From positions 330,001 to 362,000 of the forward strand of contig NC_018655.1 of NCBI RefSeq assembly GCF_000299365.1: a stretch of 32,000 bases of DNA. Reading direction: 5' to 3'. Below, in pieces: positions 1 through 7,667 of the stretch (the stretch's first letter is position 1; the number at the start of each line of letters is the position of its first letter). The position numbers and the translations under genes are program-made. Below the pieces are notes generated by a model that was given only the letters and a program-made list of their open reading frames with translations, was not told where the DNA came from and made no database searches. Source of the DNA: Candidatus Nitrosopumilus koreensis AR1. Lineage in GTDB: Archaea > Thermoproteota > Nitrososphaeria > Nitrososphaerales > Nitrosopumilaceae.

Positions 1-1
1 G

Positions 2-259
2 GTTTCATCTGGCATTTCTAACAATAATGTTGGTAGTCAACCATTTTCATATGTAGTTCAAATACAAGACTCTGATGGTATAGTAGAATCACTGTCTTGG
101 ATTAGCGGAAGTCTGGAAAAAGGTCAGACTTTTTCACCTGCTGTATCTTGGATTCCTACTGATCCTGGAAAATATACTGCAACAATATTTGTTTGGCATA
201 GTTTGGATAATCCTTCTGCATTAAGTCCTACTGTAGAATTTGAAATCAATGTTAGCTAA
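2..259 (+). CDS. 3' end of a secreted/surface protein gene entering from upstream (partial)
   Basis: Frame is open from the window edge to TAA at 257-259. It translates to ...SQPFSYVVQIQDSDGIVESLSWISGSLEKGQTFSPAVSWIPTDPGKYTATIFVWHSLDNPSALSPTVEFEINVS, which looks like a beta-rich domain. It is absent from the ORF track because no start codon lies in the window. Confidence 0.5.
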   Translation, partial: VSSGISNNNVGSQPFSYVVQIQDSDGIVESLSWISGSLEKGQTFSPAVSWIPTDPGKYTATIFVWHSLDNPSALSPTVEFEINVS

Positions 260-287
260 ATGAAAATGTAAATATGGTGAAATTCTT

Positions 288-1328
288 ATGTTCTCAATGA
301 CAAAAACAACTTTTATTGCAATATTTGCAGTTGCTGTTCTTTTAACAGGAACTATGGCAGGACCTATTGGATTAGTTCAGTCAGCAGATGCCCTGAAATC
401 AAAAGGAAACAACCTAACTGAAATCGGTTCAAAAAAGGTCTGTGGTGATAGACTTTGTTCTGAAGTTCCACCAGCAGAAAAATCTGGTGAGCCAAAAAAG
501 AAGGAACAAGTAAAATCTGAAAAGAAAGCAGAATCTGCAGAAAAAGCAAAAGAGGCTCCGAAAAAAGATACAAAAGCTGAAAAAATGATGGAAGCTAAAA
601 CTGTTACTAAAACTCCAAAAACTGTAACTGGTATTATCACATCAGAAACAGATCCTGGGATTGGTCATGAATCTCATCAGCTAGCAATAGTTTTGCCACC
701 AAGTGACAAAACATACCGCGGATATTTGACATACACTGCATCTGAAAATGTTCAACTAGTTGCATTGCACGGTCCATTGAAAAAAGGAATGGATAAAGGG
801 CAAGCAATTTGGACTACTGATGGAAAGACAAAATTCGGTCTTACCTTTGTAGATAAAGAAACCTCTACGGGAGTATGGCAGTTTACAGGTAATGCAATTG
901 CTATACACACAAAGAATTCTGAACCATTCACTGTAAGCTACTCTGTCACATACACAGAGCATTCTACTGATGGTCAAAGAATAGTCAAAGGAACCACAAC
1001 TTCAGTACAAGATCCTGGAATTGGACATGAAGAACACCAACTAGCATTATTGTTGGCACCTAGAGACAAAGCATACTCTGGACACCTGACATATGATGCA
1101 TCAGAACAAGTTCAAATTGTAACTCTCATTGGACCAATAGAAAAGGGCCAAATTCAAGGAATGCCTTATTGGACTCCTGATGATAAGACCTACTATGCAT
1201 TATCATTGGTTCCAACTAAAGCAGCTGGTTCTACATCGTTCTCTGGAAATGCATTAGCACTTCACACGTTCAATTCTGAGCCATTTACCGTAAGCTACTC
1301 TATTGTGCTTACAAATCCACAAAAATAG
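288..1328 (+). CDS. Secreted protein of unknown function: signal peptide, CGDRLC motif, Lys/Glu-rich linker, then two tandem ~112-aa domains
   Basis: 346-aa ORF. The N-terminus MFSMTKTTFIAIFAVAVLLTGTMAG is hydrophobic and signal-like. The linker is KKKEQVKSEKKAESAEKAKEAPKKDTKAEK. Two homologous halves each carry DPGIGHExHQLA...LTY.ASE.VQ.V...GP..KG....W...D....F.GNA.A.HT.NSEPFTVSYS. Confidence 0.8.
   Translation: MFSMTKTTFIAIFAVAVLLTGTMAGPIGLVQSADALKSKGNNLTEIGSKKVCGDRLCSEVPPAEKSGEPKKKEQVKSEKKAESAEKAKEAPKKDTKAEKMMEAKTVTKTPKTVTGIITSETDPGIGHESHQLAIVLPPSDKTYRGYLTYTASENVQLVALHGPLKKGMDKGQAIWTTDGKTKFGLTFVDKETSTGVWQFTGNAIAIHTKNSEPFTVSYSVTYTEHSTDGQRIVKGTTTSVQDPGIGHEEHQLALLLAPRDKAYSGHLTYDASEQVQIVTLIGPIEKGQIQGMPYWTPDDKTYYALSLVPTKAAGSTSFSGNALALHTFNSEPFTVSYSIVLTNPQK
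621..1316 (+). repeat. Intragenic tandem duplication (two ~112-aa domain copies, aa 112-224 and 232-343 of the 288..1328 product)
   Basis: Copy 1 is 621-959 and copy 2 is 981-1316. The protein copies align end to end (TSETDPGIGHESHQLAIVLPPSDKTYRGYLTYTASENVQLVALHGP versus TSVQDPGIGHEEHQLALLLAPRDKAYSGHLTYDASEQVQIVTLIGP, and both end in NSEPFTVSYS). Similarity is also visible at the DNA level. Confidence 0.8.
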
Positions 1329-1367
1329 GGAACTAACGTTCTTTCATTTTTTTATACTATGCAATGA

Positions 1368-1374
1368 TTAAATA
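1368..1374 (+). promoter_or_regulatory. Candidate TATA box (TTAAATA) for the 1397 gene
   Basis: The A/T hexamer-like element is centred about 26 nt upstream of the TTG at 1397, which fits archaeal TATA-to-TSS spacing and a leaderless or near-leaderless mRNA. Confidence 0.3.
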
Positions 1375-1396
1375 CCTTCAACATTCAATATAATTA

Positions 1397-2692
1397 TTGA
1401 ATTTCTTAGTAGTATTCTCTATAATGGCTATTTTGGCAACTGGAGTACTTGCTCCGGCATTACCATATTCTAATGCAGATATTATTCCTCCAAAACATCA
1501 AACAAAGATTGGAATTTCAGATGATGATGTTGTATGTGATTCTGGATTATTCAAAGTCATACGAGCTGCAAGCGATTCTGTAGCATGTGTCAAAGCAAAA
1601 AATGTATCAAAACTTGTTGCTAATGGATGGGCAAAAACAGTTGGCGATAAACCAGTAGATGAGGAACTTTTAAGCAAAATTATCAATAGAAAAAGCATTG
1701 ATCTTGCAACAATAAACATTCTTGAAACGGTTCCCATAAAATCAAGTACAGGCACTTCTGCACCTGGAAAATCAATTGCAAGTTACGATGTTGTTTTTGA
1801 AATTTGTGCTTCTGTCCCAATATATGCCCCCGATATTAATATCTCATCAGACAGTGAAACAAAACAATATGAATTGGCAAACATGCTAGAATCTGGTGTT
1901 TGTACTCTAAGTGCAACAAAACTCAAAGCAACTGATCCAAAATCAATCAAAATCATCATGTTAAACAAAGGTGATATTTCTGAAAAAATTGTAGCACTTC
2001 AAAGTGAATTAGATTCATTAAAAGAAAAACTGGCAGCAATCAGAGCATCTATGAAGCCAACTGATCCTGATGCACAAAAACAAGGAAAACAGATCGCCGA
2101 TCTTAGAAAGCAAATCAATGAAAAGCGTGAACAATTACATAGAATATTGTTTACCATCCATCACCCTCCTACTGTTAAAAATAAAATAAATGAAATGACC
2201 TTTTCAGGTAAAGTTATTGAGGGCAACTCTGCCAGCGTGTTGTCTGTTTTAGATGCAACACAAACACCTGGACTCTATGATGCAATATTTGAGGTATGTG
2301 CAGGACCTACGACAATAAAACTTCCAGTAATCAAAGTTACTTCTGACAAACAGTCCCAAACTGTAAAACTTGGAGACAAGATAACTTCAAACTCTTGCCA
2401 AATGACTTCTGTAAAGATAGAGGCCAATGACAAGAGCACAATAGCTGTTACCCCTGCAGGAAATGCTGATTCCTCAAAGAAGGCATCTGATCTTGAAGTA
2501 CAAATTAACAGTCTGCAAAAATCATTGATAACTGAGAAACAAACCCTCAAATCCTTGATTCATAATCCAGACAGACCTGAAAACTTTGCAGACTTGGTTG
2601 ATACACATGTGGTTAAAATCACTGAATTGAGGAACCAAATTTCCATGGCAAAGGCTGAATTTAATAAAATCATGTACATGACATACAATTAA
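1397..2692 (+). CDS. Secreted protein with two copies of a Cys-pair beta-domain plus coiled-coil module (paralog family member A)
   Basis: 431-aa ORF with a TTG start; an in-frame ATG lies at 1424. The hydrophobic N-terminus ends ...APALPYSNA. Module 1 is about aa 105-256 and module 2 about aa 265-431. Each has YD..FE.CA.....I..P.I...SD...., a second Cys, K..A.D..SI, then heptad-like helices ending in LR.QI...(K/R).....I.(F/Y)...(H/Y). Confidence 0.75.
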   Translation: MNFLVVFSIMAILATGVLAPALPYSNADIIPPKHQTKIGISDDDVVCDSGLFKVIRAASDSVACVKAKNVSKLVANGWAKTVGDKPVDEELLSKIINRKSIDLATINILETVPIKSSTGTSAPGKSIASYDVVFEICASVPIYAPDINISSDSETKQYELANMLESGVCTLSATKLKATDPKSIKIIMLNKGDISEKIVALQSELDSLKEKLAAIRASMKPTDPDAQKQGKQIADLRKQINEKREQLHRILFTIHHPPTVKNKINEMTFSGKVIEGNSASVLSVLDATQTPGLYDAIFEVCAGPTTIKLPVIKVTSDKQSQTVKLGDKITSNSCQMTSVKIEANDKSTIAVTPAGNADSSKKASDLEVQINSLQKSLITEKQTLKSLIHNPDRPENFADLVDTHVVKITELRNQISMAKAEFNKIMYMTYN

Positions 2693-2720
2693 GAAAAATC
2701 TATTTGGTAATATGTTCTAT

Positions 2721-2741
2721 TGTAAACTAAACAAGTTTACA
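2721..2741. terminator. Hairpin between convergent genes (TGTAAAC-7 nt-GTTTACA)
   Basis: Perfect 7-bp inverted repeat (2721-2727 and 2735-2741) with a 7-nt loop. It sits in the 92-nt gap between the stop at 2692 (+) and the stop at 2785 (-) and is flanked by A/T runs. Confidence 0.3.
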
Positions 2742-2784
2742 CAAAATTTGAAATAAAAATTATTTGTAAAAAAATAAAGAGATA

Positions 2785-3378
2785 CTATCCGTGGATAAGG
2801 AATAGTAACCTATAGTATTCACCTCTTGCTTCTTTGAGTTGATTGCGTAGTTCTACGATTTCATCAGTTATTTTAACAAGTTTTACTGTGTTATCGCTAT
2901 TTGTAGGCTGTTTTACTAGTTGCTGTAATGCTGCATTTTTTTCAGCTAACATCATTTTGATGTTTGCTAATCTCTTTTCAGCATTGTTTATCATTTTTGT
3001 CACAGTTTCTTTTGTGAATAACTTTGCATCAATTGAATCAGGGTTGGCTGCTTTGATTTTTGTTGCTGATACAATACATGCATTTGGACTCAAGTCAGAT
3101 GCTAATTTTACAGATCTTACTTCACTATCAGAGGTAACTACTATTTCAGGTGCTCTGATTGCAGTGTTTCCAGCACATGCTTCAAATACATACGTGTATG
3201 CAATTGTTCTTGGCTGTGATTCATAAATTGCACCTTGTGATCCTATCTTTGCAATGACTACTTTTTTGACACTTGGAAATGTCTGAGCGTCAGCTGCAGG
3301 AAGATTAAATCCAGATGTGATTAATACTGATGCTAATGCTAATGCAGTAATTGTTGTAATCGTTGTTTTCATTTTCAT
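2785..3378 (-). CDS. Secreted protein, single copy of the Cys-pair domain plus coiled-coil module (paralog family member B)
   Basis: The track ORF runs to 3528, but the internal ATG at 3378 gives MKMKTTITTITALALASVLITSGFNLPAADAQ, a signal peptide. That ATG is preceded by GGAGGTGA (3389-3396, minus strand) with a 10-nt spacer. The domain is YTYVFEACAGNTAIRAPEIVVTSDSEVRSVKLASDLSPNACIVSATKIKAANPDSI and the tail is ELRNQLKEARGEYYRLLFLIHG. Confidence 0.75.
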   Translation of the reverse strand: MKMKTTITTITALALASVLITSGFNLPAADAQTFPSVKKVVIAKIGSQGAIYESQPRTIAYTYVFEACAGNTAIRAPEIVVTSDSEVRSVKLASDLSPNACIVSATKIKAANPDSIDAKLFTKETVTKMINNAEKRLANIKMMLAEKNAALQQLVKQPTNSDNTVKLVKITDEIVELRNQLKEARGEYYRLLFLIHG

Positions 3379-3388
3379 TTTCTTCGAT

Positions 3389-3396
3389 TCACCTCC
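3389..3396 (-). promoter_or_regulatory. Shine-Dalgarno-like GGAGGTGA for the 2785..3378 gene
   Basis: The reverse complement of TCACCTCC is complementary to the conserved archaeal 16S 3' end. It lies 10 nt upstream of the ATG at 3378. Confidence 0.45.
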
Positions 3397-3803
3397 TCCC
3401 AGTTGGCTAAGCATAATCTTCTGTGAAAATCCAAGACAATCCCAACACATCTGTATAGTTACATGTACTGGTGGGAAGTGCGTTTTTGGCATCACTTCCA
3501 ACCTTGGTTGTTGGTTGGCTTTTGACATGTAACATGAATTGCTTCATGAAAGGAGAAACTGAAAAGATGCTATTTAATGGCCTGAAAATTGTGTGAGATT
3601 GATTTTAGATAAACCAGTTGACTTTATTCAGTTTGAAATCAACTAATGCATAACTTATTCCAAATCATTGTAACATTGGTATGAGGTGAAGACCTTGCAA
3701 AGGTATCATCCTAGTTGGTTGTAGGGTTTTCATCTCTTTATTTTGTCAATACTGATTCAACTCACAAATTACACTCAAGTTTAATTGTTAAAAACAAATC
3801 ATA

Positions 3804-3811
3804 TTTTTATA
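3804..3811 (+). promoter_or_regulatory. Candidate TATA box (TTTTTATA) for the 3842 gene
   Basis: A/T box about 30-35 nt upstream of the TTG at 3842, inside a 460-nt divergent intergenic region. Confidence 0.3.
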
Positions 3812-3841
3812 CAGATACTTACCAAAATAACTGATGTCACT

Positions 3842-4573
3842 TTGAATCGTAAATTTTTGTTATTATTTCCAGTTCTGATGTTTGTCGGAGTTGGATTTTA
3901 TTCTGTATCTGCTGATTCTCTTGTCCCTTCGTGGGTAAAAAACACCGCACTTTGGTACGGTGAAGGTTCCATCTCTGAACAAGAATTTCTTGACTCTATA
4001 CAATTTCTAATTAATAATAAAATTATATTTTTAGATAATTCCGAAAAAGACCAAGTACTAGATCCTGTCATTGCATCAGATCAAGTCATTGTCACAAAAC
4101 CACGAATTAATCAATGCTCTGTATTGTATCAAGCATACAAAAATGTTGGAAAACTACAATTTGTTGCAAAATATGATTACATTACATACATCAACACATG
4201 TATAAAATTGTACCAGGATCCTGTGTGGAACTATCAGGGAGATGACCGAGTGGACAAACTCAATGAACGATTCTTAGAACTCAATCAACCAATCAAAGAA
4301 GAGAGAGCAAAACTATCCTATACTACAACCGTTACAATTACCTCTAAAACCGACATTGGTCAAGGAAAGTATGCTGTAAAACTTAATGCATGTGCAGGAG
4401 ATAAGAAAATTGACAAGGCAAAGATTCTTGTCAAATCAAACATCGAGGCAGTTCAAATAGGAACTGACAAAGATATTCCATCAAATTCTTGTAGAACATA
4501 TGTTGCGCAACTGCATGCGCAAAATCCTGCGCACATCACAGCTAGTATCTTGGAAGAAGTTTTTACAGAATAA
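3842..4573 (+). CDS. Secreted protein, divergent copy of the Cys-pair domain (paralog family member C)
   Basis: The track ORF starts at 3785 (TTG). The in-frame TTG at 3842 gives (M)NRKFLLLFPVLMFVGVGFYSVSADS, a better signal peptide. The C-terminal domain is YAVKLNACAGDKKIDKAKILVKSNIEAVQIGTDKDIPSNSCRTYVAQLHAQNPAHI. The N-terminal part carries a PSWVKNTALWYGEGSISEQEFLDSIQFLINNKII motif. The start codon remains uncertain. Confidence 0.65.
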   Translation: MNRKFLLLFPVLMFVGVGFYSVSADSLVPSWVKNTALWYGEGSISEQEFLDSIQFLINNKIIFLDNSEKDQVLDPVIASDQVIVTKPRINQCSVLYQAYKNVGKLQFVAKYDYITYINTCIKLYQDPVWNYQGDDRVDKLNERFLELNQPIKEERAKLSYTTTVTITSKTDIGQGKYAVKLNACAGDKKIDKAKILVKSNIEAVQIGTDKDIPSNSCRTYVAQLHAQNPAHITASILEEVFTE

Positions 4574-4634
4574 TTTATCTTGAATCTACTTTTTTAATTA
4601 TGATGATTTAGTGTCATTAATTCATGTTACAAAC

Positions 4635-5018
4635 ATGGAATTAAGTGCAAATCTTATACATCATACTTGGGACGTGGCAAAAACTGTAGTTATTGTAGAT
4701 GACAATAAAGAAATAATTGAAGCTGTTTCAGACTTGTTGACCACACACTCTTTCAAAGTGCTGGGAACTGGAACTAATGGGCTAGAAGCTACAAATCTCT
4801 ACGAATCTCTAAGACCTGATTTTGTAATTATGGATATTGAAATGCCACAGTATGATGGGTTTTATGGAATATCTGAGATTCTAAAAATTAATTCTGATGC
4901 AAAAATAATCACAATTTCTGCTGATGAAAAACATGAGCAAAAAACAATTGGAAAGTCATTATGTTTTCTTGCAAAACATCATCTAATGTCTTTGCCCAAA
5001 ATACTAAATTCAATATAG
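4635..5018 (+). CDS. Stand-alone response-regulator receiver domain (CheY-like)
   Basis: VVIVDDNKEIIEAVSDLL...GLEA...LRPDFVIMDIEMPQYDGFYGISEI...AKIITISAD matches the acidic pocket, phospho-acceptor Asp and conserved T/S and K positions of REC domains. No output domain is present. The track start is GTG at 4611; ATG at 4635 is chosen here. Confidence 0.8.
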   Translation: MELSANLIHHTWDVAKTVVIVDDNKEIIEAVSDLLTTHSFKVLGTGTNGLEATNLYESLRPDFVIMDIEMPQYDGFYGISEILKINSDAKIITISADEKHEQKTIGKSLCFLAKHHLMSLPKILNSI

Positions 5019-5039
5019 AATGACTTTTTTAGAAATTTT

Positions 5040-5180
5040 ATGAAGACTGAAAATGAGATTGCAGAATACCGAAAGGACATTGAGCAAAGGTTGGTAAATA
5101 CAGAATCAATGGATGCAATGAAGTACTACCAAGGTGTTCTCAGGGCACTTGAATGGGTAGTAACAGGAAATGATGTTTAG
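5040..5180 (+). CDS. Small helical ORF (46 aa), hypothetical
   Basis: Runs from ATG 5040 to TAG 5178-5180 and encodes MKTENEIAEYRKDIEQRLVNTESMDAMKYYQGVLRALEWVVTGNDV. It is below the ORF-track size cutoff. It fills an otherwise empty gap and its composition looks coding. Confidence 0.3.
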   Translation: MKTENEIAEYRKDIEQRLVNTESMDAMKYYQGVLRALEWVVTGNDV

Positions 5181-5209
5181 ATTTTATACAAATAGATTGT
5201 AATTGCATC

Positions 5210-5395
5210 ATGAACTGCTTTGTATGCTCTAAAAGAAAAGAAGACTTTGAGGTTTGGACTAATAAAATAGTAATTGGAGCAACATACGATTCAGTGTTTC
5301 AGGACCATGATATCATACGACAACTGCCTGACAAGTCTGTAATCTGTCATGACTGTATGAAGAAAATTATTGCAGATGTAGATGAAAAGAGATAA
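5210..5395 (+). CDS. Small CxxC...CxxC zinc-ribbon-like protein (61 aa), hypothetical
   Basis: The product is MNCFVCSKRK...VICHDCMKK, with two CxxC pairs about 40 aa apart. Confidence 0.45.
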   Translation: MNCFVCSKRKEDFEVWTNKIVIGATYDSVFQDHDIIRQLPDKSVICHDCMKKIIADVDEKR

Positions 5396-5400
5396 AGGTC

Positions 5401-5880
5401 TTACTGGAATTTTTCGTCCCACTTGCCTTCATTGATTTCTGCGGTAATCTCTTTTGGGGTCTTTCCTTCCACTTTGACTCCCAAAGCAACGCATGTACCA
5501 ATGATGGTTTTTGCAACTGACTTTATTGATGATGCATAAGATTTCTCTAGTTTTGTATTTGCAACTTTGAGAATTGAATCCATTGTAACATCTCCTGCCC
5601 ATTCAGTTCCAGAGGCCCCAGAGCCTTTTTGGATTCCTGCCTCTTTCATGATTAGTGCAGCTGCTGATGGGATGCCGATTTCAATCTCATACTTTTTTGT
5701 GTCGCTATCAACAATAACTGTGACTGGAACTTTCATTCCTTCAAAGTCTTTTGTCTTCTCATTAATTGCATTGATAACTTCCATGATGTTGACGCCAAGC
5801 GGACCTAGTGCTGGACCTAAAGGTGGACCTGCTGATGCTGCTCCGCCTGTTACAAGTGATGATATCTTTTGTTCTCCCAT
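5401..5880 (-). CDS. rpl11: 50S ribosomal protein uL11
   Basis: GGAASAGPPLGPALGPLGVNIMEVINAINEKTKDFEGMKVPVTV is the hallmark uL11 N-terminal domain. Product is 159 aa. Confidence 0.95.
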   Translation of the reverse strand: MGEQKISSLVTGGAASAGPPLGPALGPLGVNIMEVINAINEKTKDFEGMKVPVTVIVDSDTKKYEIEIGIPSAAALIMKEAGIQKGSGASGTEWAGDVTMDSILKVANTKLEKSYASSIKSVAKTIIGTCVALGVKVEGKTPKEITAEINEGKWDEKFQ

Positions 5881-5914
5881 GTTTAATCGTCTCTAAATGA
5901 AAATTTAATCCTTC

Positions 5915-6373
5915 CTAACCCTCAGTTGATAGTTTTAGATAGTTTGCATCCACTGTTACTGGTAATTGGTATGATGCATCAAGCAATACTACTGTAGCTT
6001 CTTCTTTTTCTGGATCTATTCTTGTAATTGTTGCCTTCATTCCCTTGAATGGACCCCCAGTGATTTCTACTACATTATCTACTGCAAGTGTTGATACTGT
6101 TGATTTCTTTACCAAGTATCCTTCAATATCTTTGAATTCTAATTCTCCTCTTAATTGGCCACGGATGTGTCTTACACCTTCCACTGCCATGTATGCATCA
6201 CTTGGGTTTATTGCTTCAATTACGACATATCCCTTAAGATCACTTACCCAAAACACTGATTGAATGTTTATTTGATTAGCATTAGCTTTTGCTTCTAATA
6301 ATCTCATTACCACTTTTTCTTGTCCACCAGTGGTTCTAATTGCAAACAAATGTGATTTTACTTCCTCAGACAA
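5915..6373 (-). CDS. spt5: Transcription elongation factor Spt5 (archaeal NusG)
   Basis: The NGN domain is FAIRTTGGQEKVVMRLL...KGYVVIEA and the KOW motif is VVEITGGPFKGMKATITRID. It lies in the conserved secE-spt5-rpl11 order. It has an apparent TTG start 2 nt after the secE stop. Confidence 0.9.
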   Translation of the reverse strand: MSEEVKSHLFAIRTTGGQEKVVMRLLEAKANANQINIQSVFWVSDLKGYVVIEAINPSDAYMAVEGVRHIRGQLRGELEFKDIEGYLVKKSTVSTLAVDNVVEITGGPFKGMKATITRIDPEKEEATVVLLDASYQLPVTVDANYLKLSTEG

Positions 6374-6375
6374 TT

Positions 6376-6549
6376 TTACCTACCAAATGTAATCACCGAA
6401 AAGACAAACTGAATTGTAAATCCAATAGCTCCGACTCCAGCTATTCCCAGCAATACCAGTCTAAGATGTTGTTGATACTCGTCCTTGTCTGGTTTTTTGG
6501 CCATTTTCATGGTATTTACCATGTTCTTCAAAGTCTGTCTTGGGTTCAT
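6376..6549 (-). CDS. secE: Preprotein translocase subunit SecE / Sec61-gamma (57 aa)
   Basis: Hand-translated minus-strand ORF, too short for the track: MNPRQTLKNMVNTMKMAKKPDKDEYQQHLRLVLLGIAGVGAIGFTIQFVFSVITFGR. It has the basic N-terminus plus single C-terminal TM helix typical of SecE and sits immediately upstream of spt5. Confidence 0.8.
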   Translation of the reverse strand: MNPRQTLKNMVNTMKMAKKPDKDEYQQHLRLVLLGIAGVGAIGFTIQFVFSVITFGR

Positions 6550-6588
6550 TGGTGGAAATTAATAGGGTCTCCTTATATCTCTTATTTC

Positions 6589-7365
6589 ATGGAGCTGTTA
6601 GTTGCATACGCAGATGATCCTGCTGGCCACAATATGGCAAAATTTCTTTGCAAAGAGATGACTCTGGATGGAGATATTTTTCGTGGAAAGTACTATGATT
6701 TGGTAATAATCCCAACACCTGCAATATCTGCAGATTGGTTAGAAGAAAAATATGATTATGACGGATTTGTCTTTTTGTCAAAACATGCCGCCGAATCTGG
6801 TGTACTTGCACTTACCTGTCACAGCACTGGGAATTTCTCGGAGGCAAAGTTTGGCGGAAATGACAGACAAGTAGCAATCCCGCATCCTGACTTGCAAAAA
6901 AAATATCTCCAGACTTTACAAGAACACCAGTCTGATTTTGCAGAATTTGACATTACAATAGAGGCAACCCACCACGGACCAACAGATCTCAAGAAGCCCT
7001 CGATATTTATCGAAATTGGAACCACTGAAAAACAATGGACTGATGAGAATCTGTGCCAAAGAGTTGCAAAACTAGTTCATAAAGTAATGTCTAATGACAT
7101 ACCAAAAAGTCCTGTTGCTCTGTGTTTTGGTGGGACTCATTATCCTGCAAAGTTTACAGAACAACTTCTTAATGGCAAGTATTCACTTGGAACAGTAATT
7201 CCAAAACATGCTCTGGACAGTCTTGATGAAGAATTATTTTCACATATTCTCAAGCAAAACAGCATGGCAACTATTGCTCTGCTTGATTGGAACGGATTAG
7301 GACCAAACAAGCAAAAGGTTCTTGACCTTCTAGAGTCTACAAAACTTGAGGTAATCAAACTTTGA
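6589..7365 (+). CDS. dtdA: D-aminoacyl-tRNA deacylase, archaeal DtdA/DTD2 type
   Basis: The true start is probably the ATG at 6589 (MELLVAYADDPAGHNMAKFL). The upstream part of track ORF 6340..7365 is antisense to secE/spt5. Motifs SKHAAESGVLALTCHSTGNF, IEATHHGPT and PSIFIEIGTTEKQW are as I recall them for the archaeal tRNA_deacylase family. Confidence 0.65.
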   Translation: MELLVAYADDPAGHNMAKFLCKEMTLDGDIFRGKYYDLVIIPTPAISADWLEEKYDYDGFVFLSKHAAESGVLALTCHSTGNFSEAKFGGNDRQVAIPHPDLQKKYLQTLQEHQSDFAEFDITIEATHHGPTDLKKPSIFIEIGTTEKQWTDENLCQRVAKLVHKVMSNDIPKSPVALCFGGTHYPAKFTEQLLNGKYSLGTVIPKHALDSLDEELFSHILKQNSMATIALLDWNGLGPNKQKVLDLLESTKLEVIKL

Positions 7366-7661
7366 GTCTTGAGAAAAAGATTTACAAAAAATTACTAGAA
7401 GTTCCAAAAGGTCAAATCACAACTTATGGAGAACTTGCAAAGGCTGTAGGTCTTAAGAACGGACAAAGGGCAGTTGGAAGAATAATGAACAAGAATCCAT
7501 ATCCTGTGATCATACCTTGTCATAGAGTAGTGATGTCTAATGGAAAGGTTGGCGGATATGCATATGGGGAGCACATAAAAACAAAGATGCTAAATGATGA
7601 AGGAATCAAAACTGAAAATGGTAAAATCTTAGACTGGGAAAAAACTGTTTATCGATTCTAG
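7362..7661 (+). CDS. ogt: Methylated-DNA-protein-cysteine methyltransferase, short (C-terminal domain only) form
   Basis: It carries the active-site PCHRV motif (IIPCHRVVMSNGKVGGY) and the helix-turn-helix segment TYGELAKAVG. Product is 99 aa. The TTG start overlaps the dtdA stop by 4 nt. Confidence 0.75.
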   Translation: MSLEKKIYKKLLEVPKGQITTYGELAKAVGLKNGQRAVGRIMNKNPYPVIIPCHRVVMSNGKVGGYAYGEHIKTKMLNDEGIKTENGKILDWEKTVYRF

Positions 7662-7667
7662 CATTCT

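Noticed and set aside
364-640. Track ORFs 364..573(-) and 377..640(-); similar cases include 756..977(-), 1498..1755(-), 2275..2550(-), 2843..3226(+), 5567..5896(+), 6045..6263(+), 11066..12634(+ set), 16223..16603(-), 17022..17273(-) and 24462..25332(+ set)
   Set aside because: These are antisense or off-frame shadow ORFs lying wholly inside confidently identified genes. Their products are low-complexity or hydrophobic junk with no motifs.
6340-6588. N-terminal 83 codons of track ORF 6340..7365
   Set aside because: This stretch is antisense to spt5 and secE and its sequence is implausible. The DtdA homology begins at the ATG at 6589.
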